Assembly (NCBI GenBank): GCA_002633005.1 | Contig: NMRA01000509.1 | Coordinates: 117,913 to 165,158 of the forward strand | From: Phoronis australis | Taxonomy: Eukaryota > Animalia > Phoronida | DNA length: 47,246 bases | Reading direction: 5' to 3' | Shown: positions 24,663 through 37,413 of the stretch, piece after piece | How positions within the stretch are numbered: the stretch's first letter is position 1 | Layout: the number at the start of each line of letters is the position of its first letter | Made by a program: the position numbers and the translations under genes | Notes under the pieces: generated by a model | Told to the model about the DNA's origin: nothing | Seen by the model: the letters and a program-made list of their open reading frames with translations, nothing else | Database searches by the model: none

Positions 24663-24895
24663 ATTTCGTTGTTTCTAAATGGTAAATTAAGACATAGTTA
24701 AAATCGTTGAAGTAACTGCAATATATCGGAGAATTTATAGGGTTACATGCCAGTGTCATTTTCAGTACTGCGCGAAGTGAACGCCTGATGGAGAGTGCAT
24801 ACACGTACATGTACATGTACAGTATACAATGCTTACCTCTTGTGCAAATAAGTGTAAGGCCTACACTGTATTGTGTAAAATTGGTGGCTTAGATA

Positions 24896-27507
24896 ATTAC
24901 TCTGCGCGTGTAAGCGCAGAGTACTGTTGTTCCTGGGTTTTCTTCAATTTTATTCTTATTCTTATTCTTCTTATTCTTCTTATTACTCTGCGCGTGTAAG
25001 CGCAGTGTACTGTTGTTCCTGGGTTTTCTTCAATTTTATTCTTATTCTTATTCTTCTTATTCTTCTTATTACTCTTCGCGTGTAAGCGCAGAGTACTGTT
25101 GTTCCTGGGTTTTCTTCAATTTTATTTTATTCTTCTTCTTATACTTCTTCCGACCAACTTTGAGGCTTAATAACTCCAAATTGGGTGCAGGTACGGTCTT
25201 TAAATTCAGCATATGACTTTTGACAGTTTATAAATCTTGATTGGTTATAATCATATTCCATATTGCACCGGAAGAGGTCGTTTGGTGCAGAGTCATATAA
25301 TTTTCAAAATGCTACTCCTCCTTCAGTTTTAAAGCTATCTTTTTCAAATTCGGTGCACAGGTATATGTCAACATGACAATTTAAAAAATTACTTTTCTAA
25401 GTAATCAGGTCGTCCAATCAGGTGAAATAGGTCAAAGGTCATTAGCTGCAAACTAAAATTTTGAGCTAGACACTTCAAATTGACAGGTCTGGTTGCCACA
25501 GGTAAATCAAATCGGAATCCAAAGTTTCAGGTCATTTAGTGCAAACATGGGGTCATTAGGTGCATTTTTCTTCTGAAAATTTGACCTTTTCAATCAGCTA
25601 GTACATTTGTATTCTGATGTGTCAACCGTTGGACAACTGTGATTCTCAGCGTTAAACACATTTTCCATGGGCTTTGCAATAATTCTCCTAAAAATTCTTA
25701 AAATGCACTGGATAAGGTCAATTAATGCAAAGGTCATGTAACGTTCAAAATAATATATCTCTTACGTTTTTCAAGGAATTGTTTTCAATTTCAGCACACT
25801 GGTGTAAGTCAACATGCCAAGTGAATACCCTACTTTACTTCGCAATAGGCTTAACCAATCAGAAAAATAGGTCAAAGGTCATTGAGTGCAAACTAAAATT
25901 TTGAGCTAGAGAATTCAGAATTACGTATCTGTTTACTAAGTTCGATTGAGTTTGAATTCTAAATTTTCAGGTCATTTGGTGCACCCATGGGGTCATTAGG
26001 TGCATTTTTCTTCTGAAAGTTTGACCACTTCATTCATCGTGTATTCTGAAGTGCTTAATGTAAAACATCTGTGATTATTAGCATTAACCACACTTTTAAT
26101 CGAGTTAGCAATTACTCCCTCATCGGGGCTCATAATGCACCGCAAGAGGTCAATTAGTGGAAAGGTCATCAAAAAATTAATATGTAATTTCTCCTACAAT
26201 TTTAAAGAATGCCTTTTCATATTGGTAAACGGGTTGCTGTCAGTAACTTCCCATAATAATTCCAGTAATACGCACGTGCAGAGTCCGTTATTGTCACGCC
26301 GTGACAATAATCTTTCTAGTTCTTATTCTTCTTATTCTTCTTCCGACCAACTTTGAGGCTTAATAACTCCAAATTGGTTGCAGGTACAGTCTTTAAATTC
26401 TGCATGCCACTTTTGACAGTACATAAATTTTGATTCGTTATATAATCATATTCCTTTTTGCACCGGAAGAGGTCATTTGGTGCAAAGGTCATGTAATTTT
26501 CAAAATGCTACTCCTTCTTCATTTTTAAAGCTATTCTTTTAAAATTCGGTGCACAGGTATAAGTCAATAAGTCAAATTAAAAAAAAAATCTATGTAATCG
26601 GGTCATCCAATCAGGTGAAATAAGTCAAAGGTTAATAAGTGCAAACTAAATTTTTGAGTAAGACACTTCAAATTGACAGGTCTGATTGGAACAGGTAATT
26701 CAATTCGAAATCCAAAGTTTCAGGTCATTTAGTGCAAACAATGGGTCATTAGGTGCATTTTTCTTCTGAAAATTTGACCTTTTCAATCAGCAAGTATTCT
26801 GATGTGTCAATCGTCAGACAATTGTGATTCTCAGCATTAAACACATTTTTCATAGGCTTTTCATTTATTTTCCTAAAGATGCTTACAATGCACCGGATAG
26901 GGTCAAGTAGTGCAAAGGTCATGTAACGTTCAAAATCTTATATCTCTTACGTTTTTCAAGTTCTTTTCAATTTCAGCACATTGGGGTAAGTCAACATGCC
27001 AATTGAATACCCTATTTTACTTCGCAATAGGCTTAACCAATCAGAAAAAATAGGTCAAAAGTTATTGTGTGCAAACGAAAATTTTGAGCAAGAGACTTCA
27101 AAATTACATATCTGTTTACTAAGTGCGATTGAGTTTGAATTCTAAATTTTCAGGTTATTTGGTGTACCCATTTGGTCATTAGGTGCATTTTTTCTTCTGA
27201 AAGTTTGACCAATTCATTCATTTTGTATTCTGAAGTGCTTAAAGTACAGTGTACAACAACTGTGATTTTTAACATGAACCACACTTTTAATCGAGTTAAC
27301 AATTACTCCCTCATCGGGGCTCATAATGCACCGGAAGAGGTCAATTAGTGAAAAGGTCATCAAAAAATTAATGTGTAATTTCTCCTACAATTTTAAAGAA
27401 TTCCTTTTCATATTGGTAAACGGGTTGCTGTCAGTAACTTTTCATAATAATTCCAGTAATACGTACGCTCAGAGTCCGTTATTGTCACGCCGTGACAATC
27501 TTTCTAG
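24896..27507 (+). mobile_element. Compound non-autonomous Helentron-like (HINE/DINE-1-type) structure: three 5' heads and two ~1.17-kb bodies
   Basis: Heads with hairpin TACTCTGCGC-GTGTAA-GCGCAGAGTA plus a (TTCTTA)n microsatellite at 24896, 24982 and 25068. Bodies ~25145-26319 and ~26337-27507 each end in a subterminal IR (CACGTGCAGAGT-like), a stem-loop TTGTCACG-C-CGTGACAA and CTAG-TT. Bodies carry internal ~430-bp repeats. Confidence 0.75.
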
Positions 27508-27929
27508 TTGCTTTGCTCTACGTGTATAGCGACATCATTGTCATTAGGAGCTTCGATGGATAACAATACGGCACTTGCTAATCGGTCAAACACTGCGATT
27601 ACATCTTCTTTGGTACCAATATATTTCTTTAAGTTTTGTGGAGTTTGCAGAAGATGCCGTGGAATACTCCAGACCGAATGTCATTGTCTGATTTGCATGG
27701 TATTTAAAACGAGTGTGACTGGGAGCACCGAATTTCGACCATATTGGGAAAGACTTGTCGCCTTCTCGTTAAAAGAAGCTGAACTAACTTCGTGAGGAGT
27801 TCCGCTCAATAAGTGGGGAAAGCTTTACGATTGGTCTAAATAGTTAGCAGAACTCTTTTCAGAAAAGCATTGCAAATGCATCGCAAATTGTGTTCTTTTA
27901 GGGTTGTTTATTTGTATCATTAAAATGGC

Positions 27930-29610
27930 CAACTAGATGGCCAAAAACGTCCAATCCAACCAAAAAAACGGGAACATATTGCTTCTTTAATAGAAAACTA
28001 TTCACCAAGTTTCATAAAAATGTGTCAAGGAACTTCAGAGAAACAAAGGAAAACGAAATAATGTGAAATTGCCAAAAACGGCACAACGCTCATTGAGTAC
28101 GCCTGAAAGTCGTCATCGTCTGTTGTTAGCTTCATATAAATACACTAACTAAATTTAATAAAGATACTGCTGTAGGTTTAAGAGATACAGGTGCGGGCGC
28201 AAAATAAAACAAAAATGGCACTAGGAGGCGCCACAGTATTTGAATTCGTCAACGTCAACCGTCCTCTTGACACCGAGAACATACAAGCTAATTTTCAAAA
28301 CCATCCGTAGAATGACTTGGTTGATAGAGGGATGGACGCCAAAAAACAGAGTCGAAAACAGCAAAAATGGCCACTGGGTGGCGCACAATACCTCGATTCC
28401 ATCCGATAACGGGAGGACACCGTCATGTCACCAATAGATGCCTATATTCAAAATATGAAAATCCGTTGAGGACCTTTGAAGATACAGAAGTAAACGCAAA
28501 AAAACTAAAATTGCCACTAGGGGGCAAACCGATAGTAAGATCTGTCCGAAAGTCGTCGTCATCTGCTGTAAATACACTTGCTAAATTTAGTAAAGTTCCT
28601 GCAAAAGGTTTAGGAGATATAGCCATGTGCGCAAAACACAAAACTGCCACTAGGAGGTCCCACGGTAGTCAAAGTCGTCGGAAAATCATCGTCAGCCTTC
28701 CACTTTATAGTAACAATATACATGCTAATTTTCACAATAATCCTGAAAGCGGTTTGGTTGATAGAGGGGTGGATGCCAAAAACAGACTTAAAAACCGGTA
28801 AAGATAGCCACTAGGTGGCTCAAACTATGTCGAATCACGTCGAATCTATCTGAAAACGGGAAGATAGCATCATCTCACCAATACATACGTATATGTGAAA
28901 TTTTATGAAAATACGTTGAGGACCATTGAAGATACAGATGTAAACGCAAACAAAAATTTCCACTAGGAGGCACACCAGCTGCCAGATCCGTCCAAAAGTC
29001 ATTGTCATCCGTTGTCAACATCATAAAAATACACTTATTACTGTAGCGATCCTGCAAATGGTTAAGGAGATACAGCCATAGGCGTAAAAAACAAAACTGC
29101 CACTAGGAGGCACCACAGTAGTCGAAGTGGTCGGAAAATCATCGAAAGCCGTCCTCTTTATAGTAAGAACATACGTGCCAATTTTCACAATCATCTTTAG
29201 AACGGTTTGGTTGTCATAGGGGTGGAAGCAAAAAAACAGACTCGAAAACAGTAAAAAAATGGCCACTAGGTGGCGCAAATTAAGTCGAATCCATCCGAAA
29301 ACGGGAGGATAGGGACACCGATGTAGGTGCCTGTATACCAGATCTATGAAAATACGTTGAGGACCTTTGTAGATACGGAGATAAACATAAGAAATAAAAT
29401 TGCCACTAGGGGGCACACCGGTAGCCGGATTGGTCCGAAAGTTTGCTCATGCCGTCCCATCCAGGAAAGAAACACATGGAATATTTCATGATCATACGTC
29501 AACGGGTTTTGGAGATAGAGCATCGGACGCTGGATGCCGGACACCAGACGGACGCCAGACGGACGCCGGACGGACGCCGGATGGACGGGGATGACGGCAT
29601 AATGCGTCCA
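27930..29610 (+). repeat. HINE/satellite-like element: ~445-bp tandem monomers (3 sub-repeats each) ending in a (GGAC/GGACGCC)n microsatellite
   Basis: Equivalent CCACTAG motifs at 28514, 28960 and 29403 (periods 446 and 443). Microsatellite at ~29525-29590. Confidence 0.75.
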
Positions 29611-32169
29611 CATATACATGTAAGTATGTTGGCACATAAAATGGTTGGATTAAAACACGGAGTTGGCCAACTGAACTCCGCTGCATTGGGAAACGTTAAT
29701 TCGCTACATGTACTTCGAGTGGAAGAGTAATCGCTAGTAGGTTGCAACATCAGTCATTCGAGATTCCAAGTGACATTCGTCATTGTCTCCTGCCGCGTTT
29801 TCTAGTGTAGTTAGCTGCAATATATCCGAGAAATGTCTCAACCGATTTTAAATTAGTAATTAAATGATTTAATAAAATAGTCTAACTAAACTTTATAAAA
29901 TACAGTTAGTGACCAACATCTGTATAGTGTGAATAATAGATTGGATACAAATTGACCGCCAAAACTACAATTATTTCTTTTTCATTATAGGTCACCCACA
30001 CCAAACTGTGAACTTTGGCAGTAAGAACCCGCGGCTGTCAGCGCACGATTTTCAACAGGCAAACAAATACATGTAATTCCGGTTCTAATGGGATTGAGTT
30101 TAACTTGATTGCAAGAGTTAATTAAAGGACAGAAAAACATCAGAGAAGAAAAAGTTTTTTTGAAAAGTAAATGACTCTGGTGGTTTTGAGAGCGTGTATG
30201 ATAATTTGCCGAAAAGCCTCCGGCGCGTCGTAGTCCAATGGGTGACTACCGTTTGTGCCAGCTCGCCATTCGCGTGCCTAGTTCAGATGGTGGGACTGTT
30301 TACATTGTCCTGACAACAACATCGTGAGAGCCAAGTAACGTGATCTTTTGAGAATGCTTGGGTTTCACATGGACGTTGATACGAGTGCACTGCAATCGTC
30401 ACCATACGATGCAAGATTGCGTGAATCCGGAAAACACTTGACAGAAAATTTTCAGACTATAGTACAGTGGCAGATTTCTTGGCTAGAAAACAACTCATTG
30501 CTATGGGATTTTGAATTGTAATGCAATCTAGACGTGTACTATTGGCATCGTACAGCGACGCTTTTATTACGGGTACAATGTACTCGTATGATGCACCAAT
30601 ATGAACGATTGCATGTGCTGGCGTTCCATAGTGCTGTGTTCTATGTCTGTACTTACTTGGCTTGCCATTTTGCGTCACATGCGACAATTTATTTTGAGAT
30701 AGCCTTCGTCGACCGTCGTCTGCGCCTTCAGTGTCTTTAGCGTGTCTGTCCCACTGCAATGATCAATTCAGCTTTTATAGCAGGTCATGAACTTTCTGAG
30801 AATCGCGTCTCATTGCAGGTTTCGCTTTTGTTCTTTTTTACGCATCCTAATTCATTGGACGAATCGCTCATATTTCGCACCCAATCTAATAAATGTTATG
30901 AACTCCGCTAATACACCTGTAACATCATTTCCAAAGTCGGATCTATTTACGCCAGCCTCTCCCATGTACATTGCATTGTAAATAAAATTGAAAGTCAGTT
31001 TAAATACGTGTAGGTTTTAACCTGGCCCACCCCCTAGATTCACCTATGCCTTTGAGAATATGGATTTTAAGGCAGTCGAACTGTGGTTTTGGTTTCTCAA
31101 CGAGAATCTTTTCCAGGAAATGATTTACACTTGATCGACCAGCGACAGAATATGACAATAGTCTTGACATTTTATTTGCTTGTCATTGACACTGCAGCAA
31201 CAAGTTTACACATCGCTATCTTTGTTTCGACTGTGCTCTTGTCTAAATATTTTACTCTTATTTGCAATGCTAAAACAGTCAATACGACTGGTCGATCATC
31301 ATTACATCCTAGGAACGTGATTTTGTTAGCTACATAAATTTACCTTTCCTCAACAAATAGTCTCTATTGATTACCCCAAACTGCAATGCGTTTTGTTTGA
31401 GTAGTGCGTTTCTTTGCATCGTTCTCACGATGTATTGCCTTTAGCGAGACCCTAGCGTTCCTGAACTACATGTATAGACAGTCCTTACTGAAAACAGTCT
31501 GTTCGGGCATAAAAGCAAATGACGCACTTTGAATGCAAATATTTTTAGACTGTAGGCAAGCTTTTTGCGTGGTCAGTAAATGGACAGAGTGCTGTAGAGT
31601 ACTTGCAAGCCAAGCTTGAAAAGCAATGAGCGTTATAATAGCCACTCTGTCAAAATTTAACTGACGTGCTTCCCATACAGTGCATTTTAAACTCCTTGAC
31701 TCTATGATGATGCCCGTGTTAACATACATGTACATGTACAGATGCATGGTGCAGAATGGGACACACCAGTGTGTTAATTTATTAAAAAAGTTCATGATTT
31801 CTGTAAATACGTTCTGAGATTGAGATTTAAAGCGCCTGATGAGATGGCTCACGGTGAATGTGGAAGACAATGGTTAATTACAAAATATATGTGTAAACCA
31901 ATTATCTATTGGACAAAACTAATTGATATACATGTATGAGAAAATAGGTACATGTACCCACTGAAGTGTTATGGTATGCTTAGGGAATAAGGTGAAAACG
32001 GTACTTACATTGTACATGTATAACTGGGTACACCGTGTCAGGAATTTTTGTATAGGCACGGTTATGGAGATGTGTCGTTATTTGACCCAGGTAATAGTGT
32101 TGAATTTATTATGGTACTGCATTCAAGCAGAAGTTACTAGATTGTGGCGTACAGGAACGGCAACTGGAA

Positions 32170-32545
32170 ATACATGTAGGTAGTTCAAATAAATATGAAT
32201 TTTATAGTCTTATTAAACGTGATCTTGTTAGCGAGCAATATGTGTATTTTTAAGCTCTTGTGCAGTTTCGATGTTCAGATCGCTCATTTAATATACATGT
32301 AGAAAAAGGTAGACATGTGGGTATCCCTGGAAATGAGAGAATATGCGGCATATGCAACATGGGGGGAATTGAAGATGAGCCTCATTTCACGTGTCGAAAA
32401 AATCTACTACCAGAGCTTGCGAATGTTAACTCTTCTCTTGTTAGGTTATTCATACAGAAAAATCCTGACAATATCCAGCGCCTTGCATTGTATATTCAGA
32501 AGGCTGTGGCTTTAAGAACTGCACTCTGTGTAAACACTCTGAATA
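32170..32545 (+). mobile_element. Degenerate non-LTR retrotransposon 3' fragment (C-terminal zinc-finger region; RTE-X/L2-like)
   Basis: ALVQFRCSDRSFNI(HV)EKGRH...ERICGICNMGGIEDEPHF, matching the FRxSxHxLxIExGR...RxCxxC...IEDExHF pattern. Confidence 0.75.
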
Positions 32546-33743
32546 TACATTTGAATTTATGTATTGAGGTATGTGCAGTCAACGTCCAGGATGTACAATA
32601 AATGATATACTAAGTACCTGCATATGCTTTATATTTTGGGGTTTTGTTGCAGAAAAGAAATAAGCTGCTTTCGCTGCAGAAGCAAAAATCGTGATAAAAA
32701 ACTACATAGTTTCACCTAATAGGGAAGAATGGAAAGCTTGTGCTGGGGCAGTTATTTAATAATTGCGAACCTAGGTAATGATGGGACCCTAATACTGTAA
32801 TCTAAATCACCTAAATGAACGTGACAGCGTATTCCCGGTCCGACAGAAATTGAGTTACACCAGGGGATGGGATAACATAGCAAAAATGACCGCAAAATAC
32901 TGTCAAGCCAATAAATGCAGATACAGCGCGTTACTCGAATGAACACCCCCAGCAACATTCTATTTAACATAGTTGTCTGAAAAGGCTATGTTTTTCCGTT
33001 ACAACTGCCTGATCAGAAGTACCTATGGTAAAATGTGAAATTTGAATGTGTTACCGACTCTAATCTAATTAATTAATGAAATTCTTTTGAATTTTCCCAC
33101 TGGAAACTAGGTCGCAAACTCGTCGCATAGATATCGATAGACAGGCAGATCTATTTTACACTATGTTCTTCTTTCTTATAGAAAAGATAAAGGCAAGCAT
33201 TTGTCGGGCTGATGTGCGCCCAAGATGCGATATCCATGCGACTTGTATTGTAGTGCTGAACAAAGACACAACAAAGGATAACAATGGAAGTGTCCCATAG
33301 GTGATAACTATGCGACACGCTAACGCCTGTCGTATGGATCTTGCAAATTAAACAATACTATGCGACATCCATACATGTACTACGTCATTTGGCTGGGTAT
33401 TGTATAAATTGCGTTGCACAATATCAGTTTGAGCTATTTACTCCAACATCGATGCCACACAGGTTTCATCAAGAATCACGTGACTAAAACTAAAACCAAA
33501 TACCTTGAAACCGTGATGTCACACCTCTAAACACACAGCTCAGTTCTATTCTTCAAAAAGTTTGAAGCAATATCGCACTATGATGGTGACAGGGATTTCA
33601 ACAATGGATGACCTTGGAGTAGGTTTTGCAGGCGCAAATGAAATTGAAGCAGCAAAATTAACTATTCACCTTACATTTTATTCCCATACATGTAGATTCA
33701 ATACATGAAATACGAAAAATAGGACCTGCCGACTGTTGTTCTC

Positions 33744-33754
33744 TTAGGCCCAAT
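33744..33754 (-). CDS. Putative terminal exon (DWA*) of the FN2-kringle gene
   Basis: Acceptor tttctactgttgcag, phase 1, TAA at 33744-33746, AATAAA at 33677-33682. Confidence 0.5.
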
Positions 33755-34459
33755 CTGCAACAGTAGAAATATGGCTTTTAATATAGTCGATCAAACATTA
33801 AGCCAAGATGAGTAATCCACATCGTATTCGAATTGTACTGTCTTCATGAATATTTTTGTACTTCCATGTGGATCAAAGATTAAACGAAGCTGAATGTTTT
33901 TGTATTCTGCATTTGTGGTTTTAAAGCAACCATGCAAAGATGGTGTTTTTTTTTACTTTCACCAATTCAGAACAAAGGATGAGTTTCGTTGGTCGAAAGA
34001 TATCACTAAACTATGGTTTTCAGTCCTCTTTGTGTTTATGTTGTGGCGCTTTCTGGAGAAACCCCATTATAGTGGCAAAGGAGTGAGTGTCCATAATGCA
34101 TAATTCAGCTGTCACTCACTACGGCGGACATTTTAGGTGGTGGTGCACCACGAAAAAAAAAAAGAAAATCACAGTAAAATTTAAAACTATTTGCAGTTGT
34201 GTTTTATGAGCATTATTTGGGCTTAATTATAACTAAACTGGCTGGCATTAAAATCCATTCTGTGAATTTTTTCACAGAAATGGGACAATCTAACGAATTT
34301 CCCCGTTTCGATATCTAAGCGAGCAAGCCAAATTTAAATACATTTACAATAAACTTTAAGTCCATGAGGTAAACCAGGAAATAATAAAGTTTTGATAATA
34401 CATTCTCACGTCTATAAAACTCAACTCAGGTATCAACAGGGGATACGAATATACCTCAC

Positions 34460-34713
34460 CTGTGGAGTCGCAGTCTTTAATAGAGCAGTAACCCCATGAC
34501 CCGGATGTGTTTCCTAGCACCACGGTCTGTAGTCGGTCGTCAACAAACGACGACAGGTGTTGGATGCCACGGTCGCCGAATTGCCGTCCATTGGGAAGTT
34601 GGAATCTGACCTGCTACTTGACCAAGATGCACAAGTCTTGCCTGCCTCTGTGACAGTTTTACGTCCAAAGTATTGCTCGTTCGAGTTGGTGGGCATTTTA
34701 CATGATGTCAAAT
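34460..34713 (-). pseudogene. Kringle-domain exon with an in-frame TAG and a 2-nt frameshift
   Basis: CKM...QYFGRKTVTEAGKTCASW...SNTCRR...RPWC* (TAG at 34514-34516, where Tyr is expected), then in another frame SGSWGYCSIKDCDST. Phase 1-1 splice sites; 254 nt = 3n+2. Confidence 0.85.
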
Positions 34714-35635
34714 CTTTAAAAATACATGGACACTTATACAGAAATGACTTAATTTAAGAAATGGTTTCATGGGTATGTGTATTATTTTCTCCCTAGAATG
34801 AAGAATTAAGAATTTAGGAAATGATAACTGCCGATACATCATTTCCCGTTTCCTTAAATAACTGTTGTAATTATATCAACCTCTATACCTCTACATCTTT
34901 TGATTTCTAAATGATTAAAAAACTTTAGTCGTGCCTAAAACTCCTTAAAACCAATAAGATTGTCACTCAAGTGCCAAGTTACATGTACAAGGAGTCAAAG
35001 TTTGTCAAAACATGAACTTTCGTCGAATTATTGCATGAACTACAGTTTACAAGCACGGATGCATGTCTAAGAGTCTGGTAACTTCCAAGATAACACTGAA
35101 ACCAACTATCCTCCTTAAAAGTCTTTGTTTAGCTACTGATGGTTGAAAGTAAAGTAAAAATCGACAATAGGGACGTGCACGGGCCCCGCCTTTTGAGAAC
35201 CAGTTTTCTGAACTGAGTAATAGGAATCAAACTCCTTCTCAAAACATAGGATTCTTTTTAGTGACTATTGCTCACTGCCGGAAATCTAAAACAGGCTTCC
35301 ATCGACCAAAGCTTCCATCGACCAAAGACCATAAACTACATTTCTGGAATTGTGTGTGCTGAAAAAAATTCAATGTTCACAATTGACAAAATAACCAGAA
35401 ACCAACTGACTCAAAACGGCCGCTACAGCCTTGGCTCCTACGTCGATTCAATAGATGCTGTACAAAACAACGTGCTTAAATGATCATCATATACCTTCAA
35501 GTGTAGCAATGGGAAAGAAAGTTTTCCATAAAATGTCGTTCCAACAACACTGAAAAAATGGGAGCGGGTATTTTTCAAAGGGGAATTTTGACATTTGTCT
35601 GAAAATTAAACTCCTTTGTTGCGAATGTTCCCTAC

Positions 35636-35791
35636 CGAGTACGGCACAGTTGCCCCATCCTCCATCTACGTCATAGCACCACGGCTGAGTATGGCCATCC
35701 GAGGTACATTTTGAGTAGCTGTTGCCCCTGTACGTAAACGGGAATTTGCACCTCTTGCCAGCTGTAGTGGTCGTACTTGACGTCATGAGAC
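35636..35791 (-). CDS. Fibronectin type II domain exon
   Basis: GKRCKFPFTYRGNSYSKCTSDGHTQPWCYDVDGGWGNC. 156 nt, phase 1-1, acceptor ttacag, donor gtaggg. Confidence 0.88.
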
Positions 35792-37386
35792 CTGTAAACA
35801 ACATTTAAGGCTTGTCCAAGACAAGGTTCCGAAAATGGCTTTTGTCAGAAAAGCTAAATCACACATGTCTTAGCATGATTTTGCCATGCATTACAAGCGA
35901 TGCACGTGATCAAATTAACCACGCCCACCCGCAAATAGTATGAACTCCAATGGACTACTTCTCATTGCAAACGGTAAACGTGCCTTCAATGATAAGTTCC
36001 GAACTGCATGAACATATGTGTAGGCCTACGCCCCTCCACAACAGCTAAATTAGTACGGACAATATACATGTACATGTAAGCTGTTACACTGTGATGGCCC
36101 ATATAGTCGCACCTAAAAACTTTCAGTTTATTCAAAGCAACATTGCCTGGCTGTAAACATCTAGGCCTACGTGATACTCCGTACAGACCTTGCTACGCGC
36201 CATAAGGAGGCTGCCATTTATAAGCTGCCATCCAGGGATTACATCTACTTGTGTCCATTGATGTGCTAAAACATCGGGTATCCCGAAGCGAGAAGGGAGA
36301 TAACTCTACAGCAGAGGGTGAATCGGTTAGTCCGACAGGACATAGGGAATCTAAACATTGACGAGTCTGCGCGCAGGGACAAATCTAGTAACTTTACTTT
36401 AGAAGAATTGTAAGAAATTTTTGCCTGACATTTATTATGCTCAAAACCCTTTAAAATCCACTAAGAGGGGTTGAAACCGACCCCTCAAGAGTACGTATTT
36501 AAACGCACGCGCCCCTTTCCGACTGTTTGCACATTAATTTGCATGTAGAGACACGTGCCTAATCGCTTGGAGGAGCACGTACAAGTAGCTGTCCTTTGTA
36601 CCAACACATGCTTTGCTGTGGATACAGGCACACGCTCTGACCTTGTTACCAACTTATCAGATTGCCCGTGCGAGACATTTCTTCGCAGTTTGGTCAATGT
36701 GTATATCCTAGATTCGGCACATATTGTAGCATGCGATATATACTGTCGCCCGAACGACTATTTGTGCTGACTAAAAGAGTACATACCACAAAAAATATGT
36801 AATTCTTAAACAGGCGTGAAAATGTATCTTGCAAAGATTTTTAACTCTGGTCACCACGCCACCTGTGGCCGCATCACGCGACCTATTAAATGTAAGTAAA
36901 TATTTCTGCCCTAATCTGGACTCGACTTGGTACTATAACCGTGCAGATGTTCAATGTCTCTGAGCCACAATTGTTGTTACAAATATTGTCACAGTCGACA
37001 CAAGCTGTCATCCGTACCAAAATATATGCCAACTGCGACAACATGTGTTTTCAAGATTTTCGCTTGGGCGTTAGAATTTGTCTGGAGCAACTATACACAT
37101 GTATACATTGTCACCCTCAGTTGCATTGCAAGGTAGCCTTCTCACCAAAGTTTTTGTCACATACATGTATAAGGATGCGGAGTCAGAGAGAAACCCAAGA
37201 AAGTCTTAGAAAGCCCAAACGAGCTCGTTGTAAGTTGATTGGTTGAAAGATTCGGGAAAAGATTGATGATAGGGATAGCCACGCCTGAGGCCAGCCTCGT
37301 TTGCTGACCGGAGCGTTGATTTTGTAAGAATGATAAGGAAATGCTAAAGACAGGCTTCATAATCTCCAAAGTTCAGTAACACTTAC

Positions 37387-37413
37387 TTATACACTGGATC
37401 TGTATTCCGACAC
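37387..37413 (-). CDS. Putative 27-nt linker micro-exon (GVGIQIQCI) of the FN2-kringle gene
   Basis: Acceptor tttctcag, donor gtaagt; phase 1-1 fits its neighbours. Confidence 0.5.
   Translation of the reverse strand: MSEYRSSV

Noticed and set aside
28367-29750. ORFs of 60-144 aa inside the satellite-like repeat
   Set aside because: Frames are not conserved between monomers and translate microsatellite sequence.
14572-30140. Isolated TTAAAGG / CCTTTAA Kolobok-like ends at 14572, ~21766 and ~30122
   Set aside because: No matching opposite end could be identified, so no element boundaries can be given.
24675-34460. Fusion of the FN2-kringle gene to the ApoL exons
   Set aside because: The phases are incompatible (1 versus 0), and a terminal exon with AATAAA follows the kringle at 33754.
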